In this document: piece after piece, positions 1 through 12,200 of the stretch | Layout: every line of letters starts with the position of its first letter | Numbering within the stretch: the first letter of the stretch is position 1 | NCBI GenBank assembly: GCA_964187785.1 | Contig: OZ076409.1 | Location: 81,718,001 to 81,782,000, forward strand | Source of the DNA: Amphiscolops sp. MND2022 | Taxonomy: Eukaryota | Reading direction: 5' to 3' | Length of the DNA stretch: 64,000 bases | Made by a program: the position numbers and the translations under genes | Notes under the pieces: model-generated | Database searches by the model: none | Seen by the model: the letters and a program-made list of their open reading frames with translations, nothing else | What the model was told of the DNA's origin: nothing

Positions 1-480
1 AATAAGGCAATCAAATTCCAGTAACTTGAAATCCGAATGAGCAAAAACTGAATAGTTTGGAAAAAAAGAGTCGGTTTCGAAGAAGTTGTGAGAAAAAAAC
101 ACAAACAGAGACGAAAGAAGGTTCCTTTTCGACGAGCTGCTCAACGAATTCCCATCGCTCTGCAACTATCTCGGAGACAGCACAAATGGCGATACAATTT
201 CACATGATTCAGCTATCGAGACTGCGATTGTCAAAGTTATCCGTTCTGTACCACTCACACAGCATAGAAAAACTTTGCTGAATGAATTTACTATTGAAAC
301 AGAAGTAGTTGCTCGAGTACTAGTTGCTTTGTCAATTATTACTGTGCTCAATTGAATCAGAACAAAAATCAGGCAATCAAATTCCTGTAACTTGAAATCT
401 TTGATTGAACAAATAGTGAATAGTTTGGAAAAAATAGAGTCGGTTTCAAAGAAGGTGTGAGAAAAAAGCACAAACATAGA
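1..480. repeat. Imperfect direct repeat of ~110 bp, period ~366 bp
   Basis: 1-109 (aataaggcaatcaaattccagtaacttgaaatc...gtgagaaaaaaacacaaaca) recurs with substitutions at ~367-477. Confidence 0.75.
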
Positions 481-1559
481 TGTCACTGAAGCACGGGAAC
501 GTACATCGTTCGGAACATAGCAAAATCTATGGATCTGAAGACCGATCGGAAGTGCAACATGAACGTTCAATTCTTGAGTGCCTCTAAATCACTGCCTGTT
601 TCTCGCACAAATTTCACAATTGACGCATACGCTGACAACGAAAAGACATTTTCGGCTCAGAATGCATTCTGTACTGACCATATCTATCTCCTGCCAGCTG
701 ACTCTGACGAACTTTACTCAATTTGCTAATCCTGACCTCACTTACGTCACATCAAGTTCCCGCATATCAATAACGGACACATCGGAGTTCTTCTCGGAAC
801 TGCCTGTATAGCCTTCACCTCTGCCCTTGAATGGATCCGACTCTTGAAGTTGCTAACGACAGGGGTCAAAGTTATTCCTTGTAAATACCCTGGCTCCAAA
901 TGCCCAGACCAGAATAACTAAGTTGATCAATTTGTTAACCAATCATTCCGATGACCGTGCTTTGCTCACGAAAGGGGCCAAAATTAAAATTAGTTGAGCA
1001 ACTCTTGATGAGACATCCTTTGAAATTACATTTTCTTGTAATGGGAAACCCGGTGACAGATCAATCAATTGTTATAATTGTACTAATTAGTAGCTACAAG
1101 GTATTTTATTTGCACGTAAATTGCGTGGAAGAAATACACGTGTACATGTGCGCAACTTGCATTGAATGCAGTTTATACGTACTATGCACGGTACAACTTA
1201 GTAATGATACCTAATTATTTGTTGAATCATTGTTTACTTTGACTGTTATACGATGCGTTGGTATGATTTGGAGTTAAAATGAACGCTGAGTTTTAAATGC
1301 ATATAAACATGGTGTAAGTTAGTCAAACGTTGACCACATTCCACTTTTTGCAACTTGCAGACCGATATACTTGCAATAAGTGGAAGTTAGTCAAAGTTTT
1401 CACTGAATTACGAAAAAGTGCATTTTTGGACTAACTTCCACTTTTCACTAGTTACGTGCCTTGACTAGCTTTTACTATTTTCCATTACGCGCGTTGACAC
1501 AGCTACACCGTCCAGGCATAGACCGTATTGACTAACTTACGCTGAATGACCATTTCACG

Positions 1560-4500
1560 GATTACACAGATTACGCTGCGTGACTGAAATCCAATTTACC
1601 GGGATGTGTCTCGTAATGCAGGCTCTGCCAACCACCCTTCTGGGATCCGAACCGAACTTGGATGGACGATTGCTGGCGAGTTCCATGTTCCCCGAAGAAA
1701 GAAAAGCCGGCAAATAAATTCTCTCATCTCTTACGCAACCGCTTTTCTTAGTCCCGAACAATTGTTCTCCAATTCTAATGACATCGATTTTCTTCAACAT
1801 TTCTGGAACATAGAAAATACAGCCGTTGAACCGCAAGTTCATCATACACGGAACAAAGAAGAGCTGCAAGCTCTTCGAACACTTCACGACACGATTCGCC
1901 ATACAGGGGAACGTTAGGAAAATGGTCTCCCTTGGAAATCTGATGACTCTCTCCCAAACAACTACTTCGCTGCCTTGAGCCAGCTTCGCAGCCTTCAAAA
2001 GCGCTTGAAAGGAAAACCACAGGCACTACAGAAGTTAAACTCGACAATCCAAGACGATCTACAGAAAAACCAATTCGCACAACTCATCATGACTCACCCA
2101 CCACCTGAACACATTTGGTACCTTCCAACCCATCCCGTCGAAAACCCCAACAAGCCAGGAAAAGTCAAACGCAGCATCGATGTTCAAAGGAACATCCCAA
2201 AATGACAATCTCCTCACCGGACCAGACATCCTCACAGATCTCGTTGAGATGATTCTTCGATTCCGCGAACACGCCTTTGACGTCTTAGCAGATGTCGAAG
2301 GCATGTTTATGCAAATCGCCATCCGATCAGAAGATCAATCAGCCTTGCGTTTCCATTGGCTGGAATACGCCTTAGTCCGCCAATATCAACAAACCCGGTT
2401 GACATTTGGTACAAATTGTTCCCCATGTTCTGCCATTTTTGCCCTCCGGGGATGTTCCTTTGACGATTGCGACGAATTCATGCTAGTGTACTGAAATACT
2501 TTTGATTGGATGACTTCATCAAGTCATTTCCATCAATTACGGACGCCCGACAAATTGCATCCGACCTACCCACCGTCTTCGCTAGAGGTGGCTTCCGACT
2601 CACTAAGTTCGCATCCAACAATTCTTCAGCACTAGATCACCTTCCCGAAACCGAAAAAGAAACACCGGTTGAGACGAAACGAGTCCTTGGTCAAAAATGG
2701 TCGTTGAAAGACGACACTTTCAATGCATCGCCGCCGAAACCCGTTACGACACCGTCAACGTTACACCAGCAGTTCAGTCTCGTTTCTTCTATTTTCCACG
2801 CACTTTTCTACTAGCACATTTCGTCCTTAAACTCAAAATAATCATTCAGTCACTCTGGAAACGTGGCCAGAGCTGGGATCAACAGACTCTCGAAAACATT
2901 CTTCCGTTGTTGACAAACTTGTCGCACAGTACCGTCAAATTCCTCACATTGCTGTCCCTCGCTGCATTGTTTGATCAACGACGCCAGTTCATCTGCACGT
3001 TTTTACGGATGCCTAGTTTTCCGCTTTTGCCGTCGTCACTTTTGCCCGTCAACTGGATGCCTCCAACAACACCCCCAATTTCACCTTTGTCCTAAGAAAG
3101 AGCCGCGTTGCTCCCAACAAACAACAAAGTCTTCCAAAGCTGGAACCCAAAGCAGCTGTTCTAGGAGTCCCTTACGCCAAATCGTACGTCAAGCCTTCGC
3201 CACACAGTTTCAAACAGTTACCTTTGGAACGACAGTTGTGTGACGACCACAACAAATGGAAGAGTTTGTCACCAACAGAGTCGATAAAATCAGACAGTTG
3301 ACATCTCCAGTTGACTGGAGATACGTACCCACCGAATCAAACCCAGTCGAATATCGCACGAGAGGTTTAAAACCCGACGCTATTGAACAAAAATGGACTC
3401 GATCCCCTCCATTTTTGACCCAACCACCGTATAAATGGTCTCAACGCGGCTCTCTTCCGCACGCCAATAGTATTTGCGCCATCGCTAAAACTAAACTACA
3501 ATCCGCTCTTCTAAATGTCAATCGATTTTCTTCTTGGGTTCGTCTCCTTCGCTCAACCACTCAAGTCCGCCATTTCGTCCGCCGCCTATGAAACCGCTCG
3601 TCTGACCGCAGTCTCACCACCACGGTTGCTCAATTGCATAGCAAGGAAAGTCTTTCGTCGAAAGACAAACTTTAACCATACAGCCCAGTTTTGGACGATA
3701 ACGCCGATCTGCCTTCTGCCGGTCGCCTCCAATACGCTCCTCTTTCCTCTCCGACACGCAATCTGATCGTTTTAGACGCCCGCAATCGCATCGTACAGCT
3801 CCTCTTCCAACATTATCACGCCGTCTGTCATTACTCCGGACCAGATACGTCAAAGCGTTTCTTGATTTTCGGAGTCCGTTGTGCGTTGCGCACACTGAGT
3901 CACAGATGCTTCACTTGTCGCCGTTTCCGCGCGCAAAACGTAGAACCCAAAAAAGCCCTACTTCCGTCATACCGTTTCCCGAGCGCCGATCAACCGTTCC
4001 TGTTCGAAAAAACAGGAGATGATGTTTTCGAGACCTTCTTCATCGTCAATGGCCGCAAAACCGATAAACACTATCGCATCATCTTTTACTGCCTAGTAAC
4101 ACGAGCTTGCCATTTAGAACCGTGTCCCTCACTTACCAGCGACAGTTTCTCGAACGCCAGATGGGGACAACCACTGCTTTTGCGTTCCGACAATGGTACC
4201 AACTTCATTGGTGCCCGTCGTTCCGTCCAGGACAGCTTGAAGGAAGGGATTCGTTATTCCAAAGAAAAATTCCCACAAGCTGCCGATATACAATAGGATT
4301 TCAACCCACCGTCAGCCCCCCATTTCGGCGGAGCATGGGAGAAGATGATCCAGACAGCCGAGCGAACACGTTTGATCATCCTGGGACCGCAGAAGCTCAC
4401 TATGGGTTTCTTCACTTCTCTTTTAGCAAAAACTGAGCTGATGATAAATTCCCGCCAACTCACTCATGTTGCCGATCAGCCGAGAATGAAGAACCACTGA

Positions 4501-4804
4501 AGACCAACAACTTCCTACTGCATCGACCCTATGCCAACTTACCTCCTGGAGTTTTTGACAGCTCTGACCAGCCACTTTTGTTTATATCATGGAAAAATTT
4601 CAGAGAGTGAAAAACCAAATCTGGAAGAGGTTGCTGAAAGGATACCTCCCTACTCTTCATCCTCGAGGGAAGTGGTCGACTGCCCAAGCTCAGCTACAGG
4701 TAGGTGATCTTGTTTGGATCCTACGCGCTTTTACACCTAGTGGAATTTGGCCTCTCGGACGAATCACAGCTACCCACCTTGGGCGAGATGGAGTTGTCCG
4801 TGCC
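1560..4804 (+). mobile_element. Degenerate BEL/Pao LTR retrotransposon pol region (protease-RT-RNase H-integrase-DUF5641), multiple frameshifts and stops
   Basis: ORF fragments occur in BEL order: IRTELGWTIAG (end of protease region), WYLPTHPVENPNKPGKV, NDNLLTGPD, ADVEGMFMQI, RLTFG..CSP, DDFIKS..GGFRLTKFASN (RT), FVTNRV..WRYVPTESNP (RNase H), H..H..CFTC zinc finger, SDNGTNF, PPSAPHFGGAWE (integrase), WKRLLKGYLPTLHPRGKW..WPLGRI (DUF5641-like). The element runs into the assembly gap; no LTRs identified. Confidence 0.93.
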
Positions 4805-5004
4805 NNNNNNNNNNNNNNNNNNNNNNNNNNNNNNNNNNNNNNNNNNNNNNNNNNNNNNNNNNNNNNNNNNNNNNNNNNNNNNNNNNNNNNNNNNNNNNNN
4901 NNNNNNNNNNNNNNNNNNNNNNNNNNNNNNNNNNNNNNNNNNNNNNNNNNNNNNNNNNNNNNNNNNNNNNNNNNNNNNNNNNNNNNNNNNNNNNNNNNNN
5001 NNNN
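4805..5004. other. Assembly gap (200 N)
   Basis: Run of N. Confidence 1.
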
Positions 5005-5424
5005 GCTGGAGTGCTAGTTGTTGAATCTATTAGTTGAATCGTGCCTCGCGAATCGGTACCCAAAAGAGCTCCTCCAACTTCGAATTCAGTCGAACGCATA
5101 TTCAGCCAAGTTCGCTTTACGTTGAGAAATTACAGAAAAAAAATTATTCTTCAGTATTATCGTCAATTCAATATTATGAGGTTTTGAGCTCGTCCCTAGA
5201 ATTAAATCCTATCGCTTAAAGCTTCTTGCGGCCCTTGTTGTCACATATATTTGCGATTATGGTGAAGTATGAAAAACATAGACGCCATGATTCCACGTAT
5301 GAAATTGCATGGAAATGTTCTGATCATTTGCTGATCATTTGCATCATTCAATTTTGTGATTTTACACTTGTTATCAATCGCTGTCATTTGTATGTTCAAC
5401 TATCGAATTCAAAAAAAATCTAAC

Positions 5425-5916
5425 CATGTTGAATGTTTTTGGCCATTCGGTCACATACATTTTGTGGCCCAGAGTATAATTTCTTGCTTTGCTTTGACAT
5501 ATTTCTTCTAGAACATTCCACCGCTCGAGGGTCTCGAAGAAGATGAAGAATCTTCACGTTTGGGTTCTTTGTTGCGTATGTTTTCAGAGGATTGATAGAA
5601 ATCCGAACAGTTTTCATCAGGAAAAGTTTCTGGAGGTTGCATTCTCGAATGCCTCTTTCGATATCAACGGCCCCTAAGCTCTTTGCTGTTTGCTGCCACG
5701 TCAGATTGCGTCGCGTGCTCTGAAATCAGACTAAAAATTTGAATGGACTTTTTCTCTAACGGCAAAATCAAAGCGCCACAAACAATACACTGATCTCCAT
5801 CAAAACTAAATGTTGAATCCAAATAATAAACCAATTTGGTGCAGAAATGGAACCATAGATTGCAAAATCACTGAAAACTACAGAAGAAGAAGAAGAAGAA
5901 GAAGAAGAAGAAGAAG

Positions 5917-5978
<62 letters not shown>

Positions 5979-8159
5979 CCTCGTGATTGATCCTTGATGA
6001 TGCTCCGTCAAACATAAACTCGTTAAATAGTTTTCAATCCACTAATTCAGCTGTATCTTTCAAAGAGTTCATTCCAATTTGGAACCGCATTACACCTCGG
6101 AATAAAATTGATCTTTCAGTTCTTTCACATCTCTTTGGATCAACTATTCCTAACTTGTTTATTTTTCAAGCGATTCAACAAAAATAGTTTGAAGATATTT
6201 ACAGACTGTTTTGCGAGACCACGCTTTGGTTTTAGCACTCCTTTCCGGTCAATTCTGGTGAGGTCGGAAAAGTCGCAGCTAACAAGTCTTTGCATCCACT
6301 CGTTCAGTATTGTGTCAATCTGGTCGAAGCTCATCTTGTCGGCGAATTCGGCAACTCGGAAAGGTTCGTACAAGTAAAACACGTCTGAATGCCATCTGAG
6401 GATTTCACCCAGCAACGAAGATCCAGTTCTCATGTACGCCAGCAACACCAGTCTAAAGTGAAGTGAAAAGTACAAAAAACATGGAAAGTAAGATAGAAAA
6501 GTTCAACGCTTTGCATGCTTTTTTCAGAAAACTTTCCCATGGCATTTTTTGACTTCACGGGAACTTTCAGGAAAAGCGATGTTTTTGGTATTTTGATTAC
6601 TCCCCAGTTGCTTTTAACATTTCAAAAGTTACAAAGGAGTTTCAAGAAAAAACGCTCAGATTGAGGACTCACTTTCTCACATCTTAGCACATCCATCAAT
6701 TCGAAAACTCTGTGGACGGTTCTCACATCCCAACACTTCAGTTGCGCTACCCATTTTATCATTTATTTTTATCATTACTCATTTTTTGATTGTCACGCCA
6801 TGATAAAAATAGTTGTAATGATGAGCAAACAATGAATGAAACAAAACTAATTCCCTGCCCGTGCTGGAACTCCACCGCAACCCACTGGTGGAGGACTTTC
6901 AAGACCTTCGACCTTTAATTCCACCGGGGTCCGCCGGTGCTACACTGATGGACAGCGAAGATAGATTTTTTTGCAAATTTTTTGCAGATGTGATTTCTGA
7001 GTGTAATACTTTGTAGGATGTGCTATTATAAAATTACTCGTTCCAATTAGCTTGGAGCAAGTTATGAGCAAAAAACGTTGTAACCGGTTCAAATGACGTT
7101 ACATCCTGAAACAATTTCAGATAACATTTCTGCAAAAGATGCATCTATTCGTAAGAAATTCTTACGAAAAATGCATTGAATAATTTTTCATCGATGGGTT
7201 TTAGATTGATAAGCTGTGGATGCTACCTCGGTGGGACATTGATGCAAAATTGGTTACCACTGGTAGGCGTCCGAGTTACATATATCCGTCAATCGTCGCC
7301 TGCTCTCATCTTCGAAATAAAAAAATTGTAAATAATCATTTTTTTGCTGAATGAATCTGTATATCTACAAGTTTTCAAATTTCGGCGAGTTTTGTTGTTT
7401 TCATTTTTCCAAACCATTCGAAAAAGACCGTTTTTGAGTAGCTGTTAACCATGCTTTTCCCCACCGTTTATACTCTGAAATAAAGTTTTGTGGGATTTAA
7501 TTTAAGTTTCCAAGAAAAAACGTAGTACTCACACATTCTTATGATTGCTCTTTGTCGCAGTGGCAGTAAATGGTGGAACTATTCCCGGATGATAAGAGAC
7601 AACGTCGAACTGTGAAGAGGAGAAAAAAGAAATCAAGAACAAAGAGGACAAACTGAGTGCAACAGCAATTGACAAATAAGTGGAAAAGCCGAAAATCTCG
7701 GATTTGCTTCTCCATTTCTCCCACTGGTCGGTTGATGGTGACTGAAAAAAAACATATAATCCTTAGATCATCAGCTTTTTGATTGCATGAAAAATGCTCA
7801 AATTAGGACAAAATCATTTTTCAATTATTAACTCTCCTTGAAAGACTGCAGAATAAACGTTAAAAAAGTTCCTTGACTTGAAAAACGCCCTTAAATTTTT
7901 GTTCATGAAAATTCAGATGTTCCTCCTTTTCCGTATGAAAATTCAAATGTCTCTACAGATCTGATAGATATTGATGATTAATGTCAGACAGTCAGTGATG
8001 TGGAAAAACTTCAGTGATGTGGTTTCATGTTTTGAAATCAAGTCTGCTCGGTCGTGAACTTACCACTAATTTTTCTACTTACCTTTTAATTAAAATAGCC
8101 AAGCACTTTTCTGCGGCATAATTATGCGTTCTTGTTAATTAACTAATTGAACTCACCAT
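5425..8159 (-). CDS. Golgi type-II membrane carbohydrate sulfotransferase (CHST1/3/4-like), 3' part not visible, possibly decaying
   Basis: Inferred exons: 8159-8157 (ATG|gtgagt); 7741-7533 (SPSTDQWEKWRSK...YLSIAVALSLSSLFLISFF transmembrane segment...NHKNV|gtgagt); 6452-~6203 (LVLLAYMRTGSSLLGEIL..VFYLYEPF, 5'-PAPS-binding motif; 3' boundary uncertain); 5719-5425 (KTVRI...ILHLLRDPRAV, 3'-PAPS-binding motif). Splice phases are compatible. No downstream RYED-type exon found. Confidence 0.85.
5883..5978. repeat. Compound microsatellite (GAA)n(CAA)n, intronic
   Basis: About 12 GAA units followed directly by about 20 CAA units. Confidence 0.98.
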
Positions 8160-8787
8160 TTTGATCGATTACAGCGCCGAAATCTCTCACTTTGAACACT
8201 AAAATGAGCTGTTTATGACTTTAAAAGTGCATTCGCTTTTATTTTGTAAATAACAATTGAATTATGGACAAATCGTTATGAATTTTTGGATCTACTGGAA
8301 ACTTTGGCAACTTGAGCTTTCTTCCAGCGCAGCATGCTTCCCATCTGGCGTTCGAACGATTCATCCAAGAGAGCTGAAACTCCAAATGGTGAACTCCAAA
8401 TAGTAAACATAACTCATCTGAGCATCAAAGCTTTGAAGTCTGTTGTCTCAACAAAATAGGGACTCCAACAATTTTCTCTCTAATGCCTAGTATATTCATT
8501 TTTGAGAGTTGGACAAAAACTCAATTTGTTTTCTTTTTGTAATGCTGTGACCTGTGGTAATAGCACATACAGGCTTTTTTGGCTACACTGGAAAAAAATT
8601 CAAAAAACACTGAAGCAAATTGAATTTGTGAGCCAATTGACCGTTAATACAGTTCGGTGATAGACCAAGAAGGAAACCAGAGCTTGGCTGTTTATTGCAT
8701 GAAACATTTATATGTTGTCAGGAAACATCCTTTTTTATTTATTGAAAAAGTTGATAATTTCGTCCTTAAGTGCCTATAAATGGTAAC

Positions 8788-9240
8788 ACAAGACGGGAAC
8801 GTCTAAAGTCGTCGCTATATCTAAGGCTTAAAAGGCGCAAAGTTTTGAAAATTACAAAAGGGGGGACCCTTTAGACTTTTTCAAATCCACTTTGTTGCAA
8901 AATATCAAAAACGTTGAGGGGGACCCTTTGGAGATATTAAAAAAAATTTAAAAGATTTTGAAAAACTTTCGAAAAAAAACCAAAAATGATATTTTTGAAA
9001 CACTCTCATGGTACCGAAAAACTAGAAAGGGGGACCCTTTGGCGACAAAAAAAAATCGGGAAGAAAGTCGCACAGTGCCAAAAAAAATTCAAAGGGGGAC
9101 CCTGTAGTCCCGTCCGGTTTTGTATCTTACGTTAAAAAATGAATACACGAAAGGGGGGACACTTTGCACTAACTTAGATGCGTTTCCGCTTCGCGGTCCA
9201 GTAGTTTAGAAGTTCTGTAGAAAAAGTTCCCTATACGCAC
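8788..9240 (-). mobile_element. HINE family A copy (non-autonomous Helentron/DINE-1-like), partial
   Basis: Begins acaagacgggaacgtctaaagtcg (terminal hairpin plus subTIR), followed by the internal modules gtcgcacagtgcc and gggggacccttt. Interrupted by the start of the 1.58-kb array. Confidence 0.7.
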
Positions 9241-9249
9241 TACGTTTTC

Positions 9250-12200
9250 CATTCAATACTGATGTTTCGTTACATTAACTGAAACATCAAGCATTGAAGT
9301 GAAATTGATCCATTGCAAACTTCACAAAAATGTTTATAAAACCATCTTTAATATAGGTACACCAATGACTCACAAAACGCGTAAAATAGTCAAGTTCAAT
9401 ACTGTGCTACACTATTTGTCTAATTTACATCACGTAATTAGTAAGACTGCGTAATTCAGTAAAAATGTGTAGTGGAAAATGGCGTAATTTAGTCAAAGTC
9501 CGTAGTACTGCATAAGTGCGTAATGCAGTCAATTAGTGTATTTTTATGCTCCGAAAAACAATGTAAACCAGTCAATTAGGGACTTGCAGTCTTTCAGAGT
9601 AACTATCTATCATTTGGTATAATATGAGAAAGTGTAAAACTGTATCTATAATAACAACTCTGGAAACAGTCTCAAAGTGCCGAGAAACTAGAAAGGGGAG
9701 ACCTTTTGGGCTTTTTGAAACTTCAATTTGCTGCAAAGTATCAAAACACTTGAAGGGGGTACCCTTTGGCGACAAAAACAATTTCGAAAATAAAGTCGCA
9801 CAGAGCCGAAAAAAATTCAAAGGGGGACCCTGTAGTCCCGTCCAGTTTCATATCACGTTAAAACTGGGTAAATGAAAGGGGCACCCTTTGCACTAACTTA
9901 GATGTGTTTCCTCTTGCCGGTCCAGTAGTTTAGTAGTTCTGTAGAAAAAGTATCCACTACGAATACATTCTGTGGTCTGACGAAAAAAAAAAGGAAACAA
10001 CCTTGCCACTGTATTGGTCGGGCTCTTTTTGATAAAATGCGCCGACTAAAAACATTTCAAGTTCCGTTACCTTGAATGAGTCAAAACCGAAACAACTGAC
10101 TCAATTTTCCTCAATGTTGCCAGCAAATTTTATGATGATTTTCAAAACTTCTTATGGAAACTCTCTAGGCGAAAATAAACCCCTGTTTTATATCGCTTTT
10201 ATCAAGCTGCTTGGAAGATTCATCAAAGTTTTGGCAGCAGTTTTGAGCCTTGAAGTTTTACAGGTTCCATCAAGCAGCAGCTACAATTTTAAAAGCAAAA
10301 AAGTTGTATCAATTTCACCGCTAAATTACCGCAAAATAACGTCAGTCGCATAATTACCTGCACATTAGAGTCATGGTTATCGTGCTTTCGGAGAAGCGGT
10401 GATCATATCAGATAACATTACGATACATATCCCGCAAAAGTGCAAAAGTGGAAAGTGATCACTTGGTGTAAAGAGTATTTTGGGTAAAAAAAAGTCATTC
10501 AGTGTAAATTTGTCAAAGACCGTAGTAATCCAATAGTGTAGTGGTGCAGCAAAATGTAATATGAAGGCAGTGATTTCAAGTCAAAATGCGTAGTTACTAA
10601 ATGGTTCAAAACGGTCAAAACTGCCAGTAAGCAAAAAGTTAAACCGTTACTTTAAGGATTTGATCTAATTGCTCACTGATCATATCAGTATGCAAACTTT
10701 TCAACCGTTACTTTGAGGATTTGATCTAATTGCTGACTGATCATGACAGAAAGCAAAATTTTTAAACATAAACTTTATGTTTTGAGTTCTCATTAATAAA
10801 TTCAATTCACTTAGATTTCGATACTAATCATCATTCAATACTGATGTTTCGTTACAATAACTGAAACATCGAGCATTGAAGTGAAATTGATTTATTGCAA
10901 ACTTCACAACAATGTTTATAAAACCATCTTTAATATAGGTAAACCAATGACTCACAAAACGCGTAAAAAAGTCAAGTTCAGTACTGTGCTACACCATTTG
11001 TCTAATTTACACCATGTAATTAGTAAGACGGCGTAATTCAGTAAAAATGTGTAGTGGAAAATCGCGTAATTTAGGCAAAGTCCGTAGTACTGCATAAGTG
11101 CGTAATGCAGTCAATTAGTGTATTTTTATACTCCGAGAAATAGTGTAAACCAGTCAATTAGTGACTTCCAGTCTTTCAGTGTAACTAACTATCACTTGGT
11201 ATAATATGAAAAAAGTGTAAAACTGTATCTATAAAAACAACTCTGGAAACAGTCTCAAAGTGCCGAAAAACTAGAAAGGGCAGACCTTTTGGGCTTTTTG
11301 AAACTTCAGTTCGCTGCAAAGTATCAAAACACTTGAAGGGGGTACCCTTTAGCGACAAAAACAATTTCGAAAAAAAAGTTGCACAGAGTCGAAAAAAATT
11401 CCAAGGGGGACCCTGTAGTCCCGTCCAGTTTCATATCACGTTAAAACCGGGTAAATGAAAGGGGCACCCTTTGCACTAACTTAGATGCGTTTCCCCTTGC
11501 TGGTCCAGTAGTTTAGTAGTTCTGTAGAAAAAGTATCCACTATGCATACATTCTGTGGTCTGGCGAAAAAAAAGGAAACAACCCTGCCACTGTAATAGTC
11601 GGAGTCTTTTCGATAAAATGCGCCGACTAAAAACACTTCAAGTTCCGTTAAATTGGATGAATCGAAACCTAAACAACCGACTCAATTTTCTTTAATGTTG
11701 GCAGCAAGTTTTGTGATGATTTTCAAAACCTCCTATGGAAACTTTCTGGGCGAAACTAAACTCCTGTTGTATATCACTTTTATCAAGCTGCTTGAAAGAT
11801 TCATCAAAGTTTTGGCAGCAGTTTTGAGCCTTGAAGTTTTACAGGTTCCATCAGGCAGCAGCTACAATTTTTAAAGCAAAAATGTTTGTATCAACTTCAC
11901 CGCTAATTTAATGCAAAATAACGTCAGTCGCATAATTAACTGCACATTAGAGTCATGGTTAGAGTGCTGTCGGAGAAGCGGTGATCACATCAGATAACAT
12001 TACGATACATATCCCGCAAAAGTGCAAAAGTGAAAAGTGATCACTTGGTGTTAAAAGTTTTTTGGGTAAAAAAGTCACTCAGTGTAAAATTGTCAAAGAC
12101 CGTAGTAATCCAAAAGTGTAGTGGTGCAGCAACATGTAATATGAAGGCAGTGATTTCAAGTCAAATTGCGTAGGTACTAAATGGTTCAAAACGGTCAAAA

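Noticed and set aside
4704..5099. ORFs spanning the N run
   Set aside because: Artefacts of the assembly gap.
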